The translations under genes and the position numbers were made by a program. Below the pieces are notes generated by a model, which ran no database searches, was not told the origin of the DNA, and saw only the letters and a list, made by a program, of their open reading frames with translations. A DNA stretch of 64,000 bases from an uncultured Chloroflexia bacterium (lineage in GTDB: Bacteria > Chloroflexota > Limnocylindria > Limnocylindrales > CSP1-4). The stretch spans positions 32,001 to 96,000 of the forward strand of contig CAVPPB010000002.1 in assembly GCA_963707215.1 (NCBI GenBank), written 5' to 3'. Below, piece by piece: positions 48,059 to 57,540 of the stretch (positions within the stretch are counted from its first letter, which is position 1; each line of letters starts with the position of its first letter).

Positions 48059-49129
48059 TTGACCTTCGACGCCCTGCTGCCTGCCCTGACCGCCCTCGTC
48101 GCCTTCGTCCTGGCCGTCGCCCTGCTGGACCAGTGGCTCGAGCGGCGGCGCGCCTACCAGCTGGTCTGGGCGGCCGGGTCGGCCTTCTACGGCGTCGCCT
48201 CGGTCTGCTCGGCCATCGGCTACGCCGCCGGCTGGAGCGAGCCCGTCTTCCGGCTCTGGTACCTCACCGGAGCGCTCTGGACGGCAGCCTGGCTGGGCCT
48301 CGGGACCGCCTACCTCCTGGGGCGAACGAGGTTCGGCTACACCGTGGCCGCCACCCTCGTCATCGCCGGGATCGCGACGATCGGCTACCAGCGCCGGAAC
48401 GAGTTCGAGGGCGTCGGCTCGCTGCCGCTGCTTTACTTCATCGGGGCCGCGGTCCTGGCCCTCGCCGTGGCCGTGGAGACCTACTTCCAGAACGAGCGCT
48501 GGCCGCGGCTGGCCGCGGTGGCGGTGGGTGGGGCGACGGTCCTGTCGATCGTCCTCATGGCGACCTCCCCGCTCCTGGGGCCCGTCACGGCCGGCTCCGA
48601 CGGCCTGCCCGACCTGGCGGTCGTCCCGGGCTCCGTGCGGCTCCTCTCGCCGTTCCTCAACATCACCGGCGGTCTCACCCTTGCCTTCGGGGCCCTCTTC
48701 TCGGCGTACGTCTTCATGCCCAAACGACGGGTCCTCGACTACTCCCTCGACCCCACCCAGCCGGGCGACCAGTTCCTCTTCAACCTGGCGATCTCACCGG
48801 TCGCCATCCTGGTCAACCTCGTCGCCTCGCTGCCGGGCGCCGTCCGGGCGCTCTTCGCCGGACAGCTCAACAGCCGGGTCCCGGCGACCCTGCTGATCGC
48901 CGCCGGAGGCTTCCTGGCCAGCGGCGTCGACGCCTTCATCAAGCTCGGCTACACGGGGCTGTTCGAGCTCTCCAAGCTCGTCGCCCTGCTGCTGATCTTC
49001 GCCGGCTTCCTGGTCTCCATCGAGGTCTTCCGGGAGATCCGGATCCCCTTCACCGGGATCCGCTTCGCCACCGGACGGCGAGAGCACCCGGCCGCCCTCG
49101 TCGAGGAAGGGGCGCAGCCCCGGGGCTGA
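48059..49129 (+). CDS. Polytopic membrane protein of unknown function
   Basis: About 10 hydrophobic segments; TTG start. Confidence 0.8.
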   Translation: MTFDALLPALTALVAFVLAVALLDQWLERRRAYQLVWAAGSAFYGVASVCSAIGYAAGWSEPVFRLWYLTGALWTAAWLGLGTAYLLGRTRFGYTVAATLVIAGIATIGYQRRNEFEGVGSLPLLYFIGAAVLALAVAVETYFQNERWPRLAAVAVGGATVLSIVLMATSPLLGPVTAGSDGLPDLAVVPGSVRLLSPFLNITGGLTLAFGALFSAYVFMPKRRVLDYSLDPTQPGDQFLFNLAISPVAILVNLVASLPGAVRALFAGQLNSRVPATLLIAAGGFLASGVDAFIKLGYTGLFELSKLVALLLIFAGFLVSIEVFREIRIPFTGIRFATGRREHPAALVEEGAQPRG

Positions 49130-49157
49130 GCCCCGAGGCCCGTCCCGCCGCGACCAC

Positions 49158-50147
49158 ATGTCACGCGACCGAGAGCTCCTGATCGGAACGGCCGCTGCCC
49201 TGGTGGCCGCCTCCTGCTTCGCGACGCTCGGACCGCTCTCGAGGTTCGCCGCCGAGGCGGGGCTCGGCGCCTTGGCCTTCGTCGCCTGGAGGGCGGCGGT
49301 CGGCGCCGTCGCGCTGTGGGCGGCCATCGTCGCGCGCGGCTCGGCGCCCGTGGCCACGGCCTCGTTCCGGTCGCTCGACCGCCGTGGACGCCTGTCGCTC
49401 GCGGTCGCCGTGGCGATGGGCTTCACCCTGAACCTGTCGATCTTCCTGGCCTTCGCCCGGATCCCGATCGCGATCGCCCTGATGCTCTTCTACACCTACC
49501 CGGTGATGGTCGCCCTGGTCGGGGTCCTCACCGGCCACGACCGCCTCGGTCCGGCCAAGCTCGCCGCCCTGGTCGCGGCCACGACGGGGGTGGGCCTGGT
49601 CCTGCTCGGGGGCCTGGACGTCGCTGGCGCGGAGCTGGACCCGGTCGGCGTCCTCCTGGGTCTCGGCGCCGCCGCCAGCCAGACCGTCTTCATCACCGTC
49701 AGCCGATCCGGCTACCGGGCCGTCCGATCCGACGCCGCGACCCTGGCGATCCTCCTGGGGTCCGCGGTCCTGGGGGCCATCCTGGCGGTCGCGTCCGGAC
49801 TGCTGCCCGAGCTGCTCGCGCCGCTCGGCGACGTCGAGCCCTGGCCGTTCATCCTGGTCGCGGGGGTCATCGGCGCCGGCTTCCCGTCGCTGCTGTTCCT
49901 GGGCTCCATTCGGCGGATCGGGGGGACCAGGACGGGGATCCTGATGCTCTGGGAGCCCGTCATGGGCGCGATCCTGGCTGCCGCCCTGCTGGCCGAGCCA
50001 CTCGGGCCGCTGCAGATCGTGGGAGGTGCTCTGGTGCTGCTGGCCGCGGCCATCCTTCAGCTGTCGGGGCGCGCGCCCGTGGCGGTCCCCCGGGCCACGG
50101 TCGAGGGTGGGACCGACGAGGGTCCATCCGAGGCCTCGATCGCCTGA
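49158..50147 (+). CDS. DMT/EamA family transporter
   Basis: 10 TM in two repeats; 'LFYTYPVMV', 'LWEPVMGAILA..LLAEPL'. Confidence 0.9.
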   Translation: MSRDRELLIGTAAALVAASCFATLGPLSRFAAEAGLGALAFVAWRAAVGAVALWAAIVARGSAPVATASFRSLDRRGRLSLAVAVAMGFTLNLSIFLAFARIPIAIALMLFYTYPVMVALVGVLTGHDRLGPAKLAALVAATTGVGLVLLGGLDVAGAELDPVGVLLGLGAAASQTVFITVSRSGYRAVRSDAATLAILLGSAVLGAILAVASGLLPELLAPLGDVEPWPFILVAGVIGAGFPSLLFLGSIRRIGGTRTGILMLWEPVMGAILAAALLAEPLGPLQIVGGALVLLAAAILQLSGRAPVAVPRATVEGGTDEGPSEASIA

Positions 50148-50199
50148 GGCCGCCGAAGTTCGTCACGCCGCGGGGCCGTGCGGCGGCTATGCTGGCGGC

Positions 50200-50868
50200 G
50201 TGACCGAGCCCCGATCCTCGGACGACCGGATCCGCGTCCTGCTCGTCGATGACCATGGCGTGGTCCGGCGCGGGCTCCGGGGGTTCCTCGAGCTGCTCGA
50301 CGACATCGAGATCGTGGGGGAGGCGGAAGACGGCCGAGCGGCCGTCGAAGCCGCCGTGAGCCTGGAGCCCGACGTCATCCTGATGGACCTCGTCATGCCG
50401 CAGCTGGACGGCATCGGCGCGATCTCGGCTATCAAGGCCGAGCGACCCGGGATCGAGATCGTCGCTCTCACGAGCTTCATCGAAGAGTCGAAGGTCACGG
50501 CGGCCCTCGAGGCCGGGGCGGCCGGGTACTTGCTCAAGGATGCCGAGGCAGACGCCGTCGCTGCGGCCATCCGGGCCGCCCACGCCGGCGAGGTCCACCT
50601 CGACCCGGCGGTGGCCCGGCTGCTGGCCCAGCGGATGCGCGAGCGCCGCGACCGCGACGAGCCGGTCGAGCCGCTGACCGAGCGCGAGCGCGAGGTCCTG
50701 GCGCTCGTCGGGCGGGGCCTGGCGAACAAGGAGATCGCCTACGAGCTCGGGATCACCGAGCGGACGGCCCGGACACACGTCAGCAACATCCTCGGCAAGC
50801 TCGGCCTCCAGAGCCGCACCCAGGCCGCCCTCTGGGCCGTCGAGAAAGGGATCGTCGGCCCGTCGTAG
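50200..50868 (+). CDS. NarL/LuxR family response regulator (no adjacent kinase)
   Basis: 'IRVLLVDDH', 'ILMDLVMP', 'GYLLK', 'LTEREREVL...ANKEIA'. Confidence 0.95.
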   Translation: MTEPRSSDDRIRVLLVDDHGVVRRGLRGFLELLDDIEIVGEAEDGRAAVEAAVSLEPDVILMDLVMPQLDGIGAISAIKAERPGIEIVALTSFIEESKVTAALEAGAAGYLLKDAEADAVAAAIRAAHAGEVHLDPAVARLLAQRMRERRDRDEPVEPLTEREREVLALVGRGLANKEIAYELGITERTARTHVSNILGKLGLQSRTQAALWAVEKGIVGPS

Positions 50869-51006
50869 GGTCATCCCGCGGAGTCGATGCAGCCGGCACC
50901 GTTCGCCCGGAGTGCCCCTGCGCCGGGCGGCCGAGATGGGCGCCGAGGGGGCGGATGGGCCCGCCCCGGTATACTCCTCGGGTCCCCAGACGCACCGCGA
51001 GGTCCG

Positions 51007-51885
51007 ATGCGCGTTCGAAAGGCCGTCCTCCCTGCCGCCGGCTGGGGGACCCGCTTCCTCCCCGCCACCAAGGCGCAGCCGAAGGAGATGCTGCCCCTGG
51101 TCGACAAGCCGGTCATCCAGTACGCGGTCGAGGAGGCCGTCGCTGCCGGCATCGACCAGATCATCATCGTGACCTCGAGCCAGAAGCGGGCGATCGAGGA
51201 CCACTTCGACCTCAACTACGAGCTCGAGCACCTGCTCGAGGAGCGGGGCGACGTCGACATGCTCCGCCGCATCCGCCACATCAGCGACCTCGCCCAGGTG
51301 GCCTACGTCCGCCAGAAGGAACAGCTGGGCCTTGGCCATGCGGTCCTCATGGCCAAGGAGCTCATCGGGCACGAGCCGTTCGCGGTGATCCTCTCCGACG
51401 ACGTCGTCGTTGGCGAGCGGCCCTGCATCGGCCAGCTCATCCACGCCTACCACCAGACCCACGGGTCGGTCGTGGCGACCATGCCGGTGCCGCACGAGGA
51501 GACCGGGCGGTACGGGATCATCGGCGTCGACGAGGGCGAGGAGGCCCGCGAGGGTGGGCGTCTCCGGCGCGTCGGTCGGCTCGTCGAGAAGCCCGACCCG
51601 GCCGACGCCCCGTCCGACCTGGCCATCATCGGCCGCTACGTCCTGACGCCGAAGATCTTCGACAAGCTCGAGCAGACGCAACGCGGGACCGGCGGCGAGA
51701 TCCAGCTGACCGACGCGATCGAGGCCCTCATGGAGGACCAGCACGTCTACGGCTACGAGTTCGAGGGCGTGCGATACGACGCCGGCACCACGATGGGCTG
51801 GCTCCAGGCCTCGGTCGAGCTCGCGCTCCAGCGTCCTGACCTGGCCGCCGACTTCCGAGCCTACCTGCGGGAGCTGCCCCTGTAG
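51007..51885 (+). CDS. galU: UTP--glucose-1-phosphate uridylyltransferase
   Basis: 'KAVLPAAGWGTRFLPATKAQPKEMLP', 'LGLGHAV', 'LVEKP', 'GEIQLTDAI'. Confidence 0.96.
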   Translation: MRVRKAVLPAAGWGTRFLPATKAQPKEMLPLVDKPVIQYAVEEAVAAGIDQIIIVTSSQKRAIEDHFDLNYELEHLLEERGDVDMLRRIRHISDLAQVAYVRQKEQLGLGHAVLMAKELIGHEPFAVILSDDVVVGERPCIGQLIHAYHQTHGSVVATMPVPHEETGRYGIIGVDEGEEAREGGRLRRVGRLVEKPDPADAPSDLAIIGRYVLTPKIFDKLEQTQRGTGGEIQLTDAIEALMEDQHVYGYEFEGVRYDAGTTMGWLQASVELALQRPDLAADFRAYLRELPL

Positions 51886-51980
51886 CGGGACGCCAGGGGC
51901 CATCAAGCGCCCCTGCGGTACGATGCGCGACGGTGCCGCCTCCGGCGGCCCCCCTGCGCCGACGTTGGAGGACGAGTCCG

Positions 51981-53717
51981 GTGGCCGATATCGGCACTAT
52001 GCTGGGCGGTCGTTACCGCCTCATGGAGCTGCTCGCCGAGGGCGGCATGGCCTCGGTCTTCCGTGCCCGCGACACCCAGCTGGAGCGGGACGTCGCGGTC
52101 AAGGTCCTGCGCCCCGAGTACGGGCGCGACCCCGACTTCCTGGCCCGTTTCCGCCACGAGGCCCAGGCCGCCGCCGGGCTGAACCATCCCGACGTCGTCG
52201 CGGTCTACGACTTCGGCCAGGACCCGGCCGGCCCGTACCTGGTCATGGAGCTGGTCCAGGGCCAGGACCTTTCGACGATCCTGCGCCAGAACGGAGCCCT
52301 GTCCGCGCGCCAGGCTGCCCGCATCACGGCTGCGACCGCCCGCGCCCTCCAGGCCGCCCACGATCGCGGCGTCGTCCACCGCGACGTGAAGCCGGGCAAC
52401 ATCATGGTCTCGAGCGATGGCCGGGTGAAGGTGACCGACTTCGGGATCGCCCGGGCCGTCGCCGAATCCCAGCTCACCCTCCCGGGCACGACGCTGGGAT
52501 CGGTCCACTACTTCAGCCCCGAGCAGGCCCGTGGCGAGGCGACATCGCCTTCCTCGGACGTCTACGCTCTCGGCATCGTCCTCTTCGAGATGCTCACTGG
52601 GCGGCGACCGTGGGAGGGCGACAGCGCCGCGGCGATCGCCGTCGCCCGACTTTCCGGGCCGGTCCCCACGCCGTCGGCCCATCGGTCGGGTATCCCACCG
52701 GCCGTGGAGGCGATCGACCGCAAGGCCCTCGCCCCCGAGCCTGGGGACCGTTTCTCCAGCGCGGCCGCGATGGCCGACGCCCTCGACGTCTTCCTCGCCG
52801 AGGGCGCCGGGCGCGATGACACGACCGGGGTCGTCGGGCTGGCCGCGGGTGCGGCCGCTGGCGCCGCGGCCGCCGGGGTCGTCTCCGGCGTCGCCTCACC
52901 GAGCCGTTCGTCCGGCATCCCCTACAGCCCCGACGCGTACGCTGGCGGGGACGCCGGCGGCGCCCCGCCGGCCGGTGGTGCCCAGTACCCGCCCGACGAC
53001 GGCCAGGACAAGGGCGGCACCAGCGCCTGGACCTGGATCGCGGGCCTGCTCGGTCTCGCCATCCTCGTCGTCATCGGCTTCCTGGCCATCCAGCTGCTGG
53101 GCGGCGGGGGCGGCCCGGGAGCCACGCCCGAGCCAGGGGAGGTCGAGGTCCCGTCGCTGATCGGGTTGTCCGTCGAGCAGGCCACGACCGTCGCGGGAGC
53201 TGTCGGCCTCGAGGTGCTGCCGGACTCGACCATCCAGAGCAGTGACCTGCCGGACGGGAGCGACCTCGAGGAGGGCGACATCGCCGAGCAGGATCCGGCG
53301 GCCGGGGAGATGGTCGCCGAGGGCACGTCGATCCGGCTCACGATCGTCGTGGGTCCGGGCGTCGTCGAGGTCCCCGACGTCCGCGCGCAACCGGAGGCCC
53401 AGGCGCTCAACACGCTGCGTGACGCCGATCTGACCATCGGCGCCCGCACCGAGGAGTTCGACGAGATCGTGCCCGTCGGGGCGATCGTCTCGACCGACCC
53501 GCGGGCCGGCATCCAGGTCGCAAAGCTCACGCCGATCGACTACGTCGTCTCGAAGGGCCCCGAGCCGAGCCCGAGTCCTTCGCCGAGTCCCAGTCCCACC
53601 CCGACCCCGACGCCGACCCCCACACCGACGCCGGCTCCGACGCCGACCCCCACGCCGGCCCCGACGCCGACCCCGCCGCCACCGAGCCCGAGCCCGAGCC
53701 CGGAGCCCAGCGCGTAG
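51981..53717 (+). CDS. PASTA-domain Ser/Thr protein kinase (PknB/Stk1 family)
   Basis: 'GGMASV', 'VAVKVL', 'HRDVKPGN', 'DFGIA', TM, two PASTA repeats, (S/T)P tail. Confidence 0.94.
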   Translation: MADIGTMLGGRYRLMELLAEGGMASVFRARDTQLERDVAVKVLRPEYGRDPDFLARFRHEAQAAAGLNHPDVVAVYDFGQDPAGPYLVMELVQGQDLSTILRQNGALSARQAARITAATARALQAAHDRGVVHRDVKPGNIMVSSDGRVKVTDFGIARAVAESQLTLPGTTLGSVHYFSPEQARGEATSPSSDVYALGIVLFEMLTGRRPWEGDSAAAIAVARLSGPVPTPSAHRSGIPPAVEAIDRKALAPEPGDRFSSAAAMADALDVFLAEGAGRDDTTGVVGLAAGAAAGAAAAGVVSGVASPSRSSGIPYSPDAYAGGDAGGAPPAGGAQYPPDDGQDKGGTSAWTWIAGLLGLAILVVIGFLAIQLLGGGGGPGATPEPGEVEVPSLIGLSVEQATTVAGAVGLEVLPDSTIQSSDLPDGSDLEEGDIAEQDPAAGEMVAEGTSIRLTIVVGPGVVEVPDVRAQPEAQALNTLRDADLTIGARTEEFDEIVPVGAIVSTDPRAGIQVAKLTPIDYVVSKGPEPSPSPSPSPSPTPTPTPTPTPTPAPTPTPTPAPTPTPPPPSPSPSPEPSA

Positions 53718-53786
53718 CGTAGGCCCGGCGGCCTGGGGAGCGGAGCGGATGACCGCAGCGCGCGTCGACCCGGACGCTCGGGCGAC

Positions 53787-54248
53787 CTAGCGGTCCAGCT
53801 CGGGGAAGAGGCTCCAGCCGGACGGCGGCGTGCCGACTGCCGCAGGTTCGGTGGCGCCATCGCGACCGCCGCTCGTCGCTCCTCCTGCCCGTGCCACGGC
53901 CGTTCGGGCGGTGCCGCGGTCCGCTGACTCGGTCAGGGACAGGGGGACGAACTCGCGGCGATTGCGAACGCCCGTTCGAGCCGGGCGTGGTCCCCCCGAC
54001 CCCTGGCCGGCCTCCCCGGCGTCGCCGGGGTCGCCGGTCGTCGCGGCGACCGCGGTCCAGCAGGGCCGGGTCTCGTGGCCTGTCAGCGGGCGGCGCCGAC
54101 GGTCGAGGCCGCAGTAGCCGAGCCCCGCAGCGACGGCCTGGCGGTAGTCGCGGCAGGTCGCGCAGCAGGTCGAGGAACGCCGACAGACCCAGCACCGATC
54201 GGCCTCGGGCTGGGGCGTGCCGCAGTGGGGGCACCGCCACATCGGCAT
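53787..54248 (-). CDS. Cys-rich hypothetical protein (zinc ribbon plus second Cys cluster)
   Basis: 'WRCPHCG..RCWVC..CCATC..YC..RPCW'; TACCAT 6 nt before ATG. Confidence 0.75.
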   Translation of the reverse strand: MPMWRCPHCGTPQPEADRCWVCRRSSTCCATCRDYRQAVAAGLGYCGLDRRRRPLTGHETRPCWTAVAATTGDPGDAGEAGQGSGGPRPARTGVRNRREFVPLSLTESADRGTARTAVARAGGATSGGRDGATEPAAVGTPPSGWSLFPELDR

Positions 54249-54370
54249 GGCGGGATGGTAGCTGCGCTCACGGTGCCTGTCGAGGCGGACCGTGCGGCTG
54301 CGCCGAGCGCCGGCAGGCGGGCCACGGCCCGGCGCGTACTCCGACTCGGCCCGTCCCGCGACCCGCGCGT

Positions 54371-55579
54371 TCACTCGACGACCAGGATCCCCCGCTTGGC
54401 GGTGACCTCTCCGTCGAGCTCGGTGGTCACCAGGGCGGTGATCAGGCCGCTGCCGGTGGTCGCGCCCGTCGGGATGACCGTCCGGTATGACGCACTCCCG
54501 GAGTCGTCCGTGGTCAGCTCGCCGGGGACGATGGGCGGCAGCCCGGGCACCGTGAGGTTGAAGAGCACGGTCGCCCCGGCCAGCGGCCGGCCGTTCGGGT
54601 CGGTCACGGCGATCCGCACGGTCAAGGCCTGGGGGAGGGACTTGACCGAGATCCGGTAGTCCGACGCGGTGATGGTGGCGGCGAGCTCCCCCGAGCCCTG
54701 CAATACGCTCAGGACCGCGCTGCCGGCATTGCCCGCCGGGTCGGTGACGCTGATCGTGATGCCGTTGATGCCGGCGGCCAGCGGGACCGTGACGCTGAAC
54801 GAACCGTCACCCTCGGCGGTCGCCTGGGCCGTCGACCCGTTCGCCTCGTTGCGAGCGACGACCTCGCTCAGCTCCTGGGTGACGCCCAGGATCTCGACGA
54901 CGTCGCGATTGACGGTCGCTCCGTCGTCCGGGGACTGGATGGCGATCTCGGGGGGCGCGCTGTCGAGGACGTAGCTCACGACCGGCGACGGGTCGCTCTC
55001 GGTGCCGGGGGCGACGAGGGTCGCCGTGAAGTCGTTGACACCGTCGACGAGCGGGACGGCCGTGATCGTGAAGAGCGCCGTGGGCGGGACCGCCACCTCC
55101 TTGACCTCGCTCGGGGCCCCGCTGCCGACAGCCACGTAGAGCCGGACGGTGACGTCCGGGTCGCCGGCGAACTCGGCCGGGATGCTGCCGGTCAGGGTGA
55201 CCTGGGGCTGGTTCGTGTACGGGTTCGTCGGGGCATCGAGGATCGGGGCGACCAGGAACGGGAGCGGCGTCGGCTCCGGCTCGGGCGTTGCCGTGATCCG
55301 GCCGAAGAGGCCACCGAAGGCCCCGCCCAGGGCGTCTCCGGCCCAGCCCAGGCCGCCGCCGGCGAAGAGGACGACGGATGCGGCCAGGCCGACGACCGCG
55401 ATCGCGAGGAGGGCGCTCGCCGGGAGGGGCAGTCGACGTCCCCGTGCCGGCGCTCGGGCGGGGATCCGGCCGCTCGTCGAGCTGCGCTTGCGCTTGGAGG
55501 GGGCGGGGGACGGGGAGCGCCCGCCCGAGGGAGGTCTCGGCCGGACCTGCGAGGGGCGGGTCTGGCGCCGGTTCGACAC
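54371..55579 (-). CDS. Membrane-anchored protein with bacterial Ig-like domains
   Basis: Basic N-terminus, TM, 'GVNDFTAT', 'GINGITISVTDPAGN', 'VTDPNGRPLAGATVLF'. Confidence 0.8.
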   Translation of the reverse strand: MSNRRQTRPSQVRPRPPSGGRSPSPAPSKRKRSSTSGRIPARAPARGRRLPLPASALLAIAVVGLAASVVLFAGGGLGWAGDALGGAFGGLFGRITATPEPEPTPLPFLVAPILDAPTNPYTNQPQVTLTGSIPAEFAGDPDVTVRLYVAVGSGAPSEVKEVAVPPTALFTITAVPLVDGVNDFTATLVAPGTESDPSPVVSYVLDSAPPEIAIQSPDDGATVNRDVVEILGVTQELSEVVARNEANGSTAQATAEGDGSFSVTVPLAAGINGITISVTDPAGNAGSAVLSVLQGSGELAATITASDYRISVKSLPQALTVRIAVTDPNGRPLAGATVLFNLTVPGLPPIVPGELTTDDSGSASYRTVIPTGATTGSGLITALVTTELDGEVTAKRGILVVE

Positions 55580-55715
55580 GCGCCGGATTGTCGCATGTCC
55601 CCGTCGGCCCGGCCTGTCCCGCGACCCGGGGCCGCCCCGATGGTCCTTGCCGCTCGTAGTACTCTGGCGGCCGAGCGCGCCGTCTGTCCCTGCGCGCGCA
55701 CGACCGAGGAGAGCG

Positions 55716-56141
55716 GTGGAGCGCCGAGACCCCGGCGACCGGATGCGTCGCGCGTCCGCGAGCGAGTCGGACGACGTCGCCCGCAAGCGCGGTGGCGTGC
55801 GCCCGGCCTCGCGTCCACCCGCCTTCGGCCATGGGCCGATCGCTCGGATGGCGACCGCGACCCGGGAGCCCGACCAGCCGGCCATGCCGGTCCGGCCCGC
55901 CTTCGGGCTGCCCAACCTCAGGCGCAACGTCTGCCCGCACTTCTACATGACCGGTGCCCGGGGGGCGATCCCCATCCAGGCCCCCCACCTCCTCAAGGCG
56001 CTGGTCCGCCAGGACCGCAACGTCTCTCGCTGCCAGCTCCGGGGCGGCGTCCACTTGGAGCAGGGCTACGTCAACGACGTCTGCCTCTCGCCGCGCTTCA
56101 ACCAGTGCGTCTTCTACGAGGACGACCTCACCGGCGATTGA
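55716..56141 (+). CDS. Small protein with four-Cys C-terminal domain (start 55716 or 55848)
   Basis: GAGGAG before GTG 55716; 'CPHFY...RC...VC....FNQCVFYE'; GC3-biased codons. Confidence 0.7.
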   Translation: MERRDPGDRMRRASASESDDVARKRGGVRPASRPPAFGHGPIARMATATREPDQPAMPVRPAFGLPNLRRNVCPHFYMTGARGAIPIQAPHLLKALVRQDRNVSRCQLRGGVHLEQGYVNDVCLSPRFNQCVFYEDDLTGD

Positions 56142-56178
56142 CCGTGCTCCCACCACGACACGGATCCGTGCCGACGCC

Positions 56179-57540
56179 ATGACCCTCTCCTACCCGGAGG
56201 CCCTTGAGGCACTCGCCGAACGCGGTCGCTTCGGCATCCGCCTCGGCCTTGGTCGGACCCGTGCGTTGCTCCGTGAGCTGGGATCGCCGGAAGCCGCGGT
56301 CCGGGGTGCCCTCATCGCCGGTACCAATGGCAAGGGCAGCGTCCTGGCCCTCTGCGACGCGGCCCTTCGGGCGGCCGGCCACCGGGTCGGGGCGACCCCC
56401 AAGCCTCACCTCGTCTCGTACCGGGAGCGGCTCCAGGTGGATGGCGTCCCGGTCGATCCAGCGACCTTCGCCCGCCTCGTCGGGGAGGTCCTGCCGATCG
56501 CCGAGCGGGTCGCCCGCCGGCACGGCCCGCCGACCGAGTTCGAGCTCCTGACGGCGATGGTCTTCCGCTGGTTCGCGGAGATGGGCGTCGAGATCGCCAT
56601 CGTGGAGGTCGGCCTGGGCGGGCGCCTCGACGCGACCCACGCCTGGGATGGCGGGGTCGCCGTGGTGACGAACGTGGAGCTCGACCACACGGATCGACTC
56701 GGCGCGACGATCGCGGCCATCGCCCGCGAGAAGGCGGCCATCATCGAGCGCGGCAACCTGGCGGTGACGGGCGCCGAGGGCGATGCCCTGGCCGTCGTCC
56801 GGCGGCGCGCCGCTCGCCTTGGCGTGCCGCTCGAGGTCGTCCGTCCGGCTCCGGTCCTGGCCCATGACGTCGACGGCCTGCTCGTCGAGCTCGGCTCGCT
56901 CGGGGCCGCGCGGGTCGGCCTGCTGGGTCGCCACCAGGCCGCCAACGTCGCCGTCGCCGACGCGACCCTCGACGCGCTCGCCGCCGCCGGCATCGCCGAC
57001 ACCCCGCCCGCGGCACGGCGAGCCGGCTTCTCCGACGCCCGCTGGCCAGGGCGCCTCGAACTCATCGAGGTCGTCGGGCCGGACGGTCCGCGTCGGATCC
57101 TGCTCGACGGTGCCCACAATCCGTCCGGCGCTCGGGCCCTCGCTGCGGCTCTCGAGGATCTCGGCCCGTCGCTCGCGTTCGGCCGCCCCCCCGTATCGCC
57201 GACGCTGCTCATCGGCTCGATGGCCGACAAGGACGTCGCTGGCATGGCGGCCGCCCTCGCGACGTCCCCGGCCCTCCGGGGCGCCCTGGTCGTCGCCACG
57301 AGGCCGAGTGGTCCGCGCGCCTTGGCACCCGCCGACCTCGCTGCGGGCTGGGCCCGCCTCGACCCCACCGCCCTGATCGAGATCATCGAGGACCCGGGAG
57401 CGGCCCTCGACCGCGCCCTGGCTCTGGCGCCCGGGCCCGTCGTCGTGGCAGGCTCCCTCTACCTCGTCGGCGAGATCCGCGGCCGGCTCGTCGACGGACC
57501 GATCGAGCCCGATCCGGCCATCGCTGGGAGCCCGGCATGA
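56179..57540 (+). CDS. folC: Folylpolyglutamate / dihydrofolate synthase
   Basis: 'IAGTNGKGS', 'PHL..YRER', 'EVGLGGRLDAT', 'WPGRLE', 'LDGAHNP', 'AGSLYLVG'. Confidence 0.95.
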   Translation: MTLSYPEALEALAERGRFGIRLGLGRTRALLRELGSPEAAVRGALIAGTNGKGSVLALCDAALRAAGHRVGATPKPHLVSYRERLQVDGVPVDPATFARLVGEVLPIAERVARRHGPPTEFELLTAMVFRWFAEMGVEIAIVEVGLGGRLDATHAWDGGVAVVTNVELDHTDRLGATIAAIAREKAAIIERGNLAVTGAEGDALAVVRRRAARLGVPLEVVRPAPVLAHDVDGLLVELGSLGAARVGLLGRHQAANVAVADATLDALAAAGIADTPPAARRAGFSDARWPGRLELIEVVGPDGPRRILLDGAHNPSGARALAAALEDLGPSLAFGRPPVSPTLLIGSMADKDVAGMAAALATSPALRGALVVATRPSGPRALAPADLAAGWARLDPTALIEIIEDPGAALDRALALAPGPVVVAGSLYLVGEIRGRLVDGPIEPDPAIAGSPA

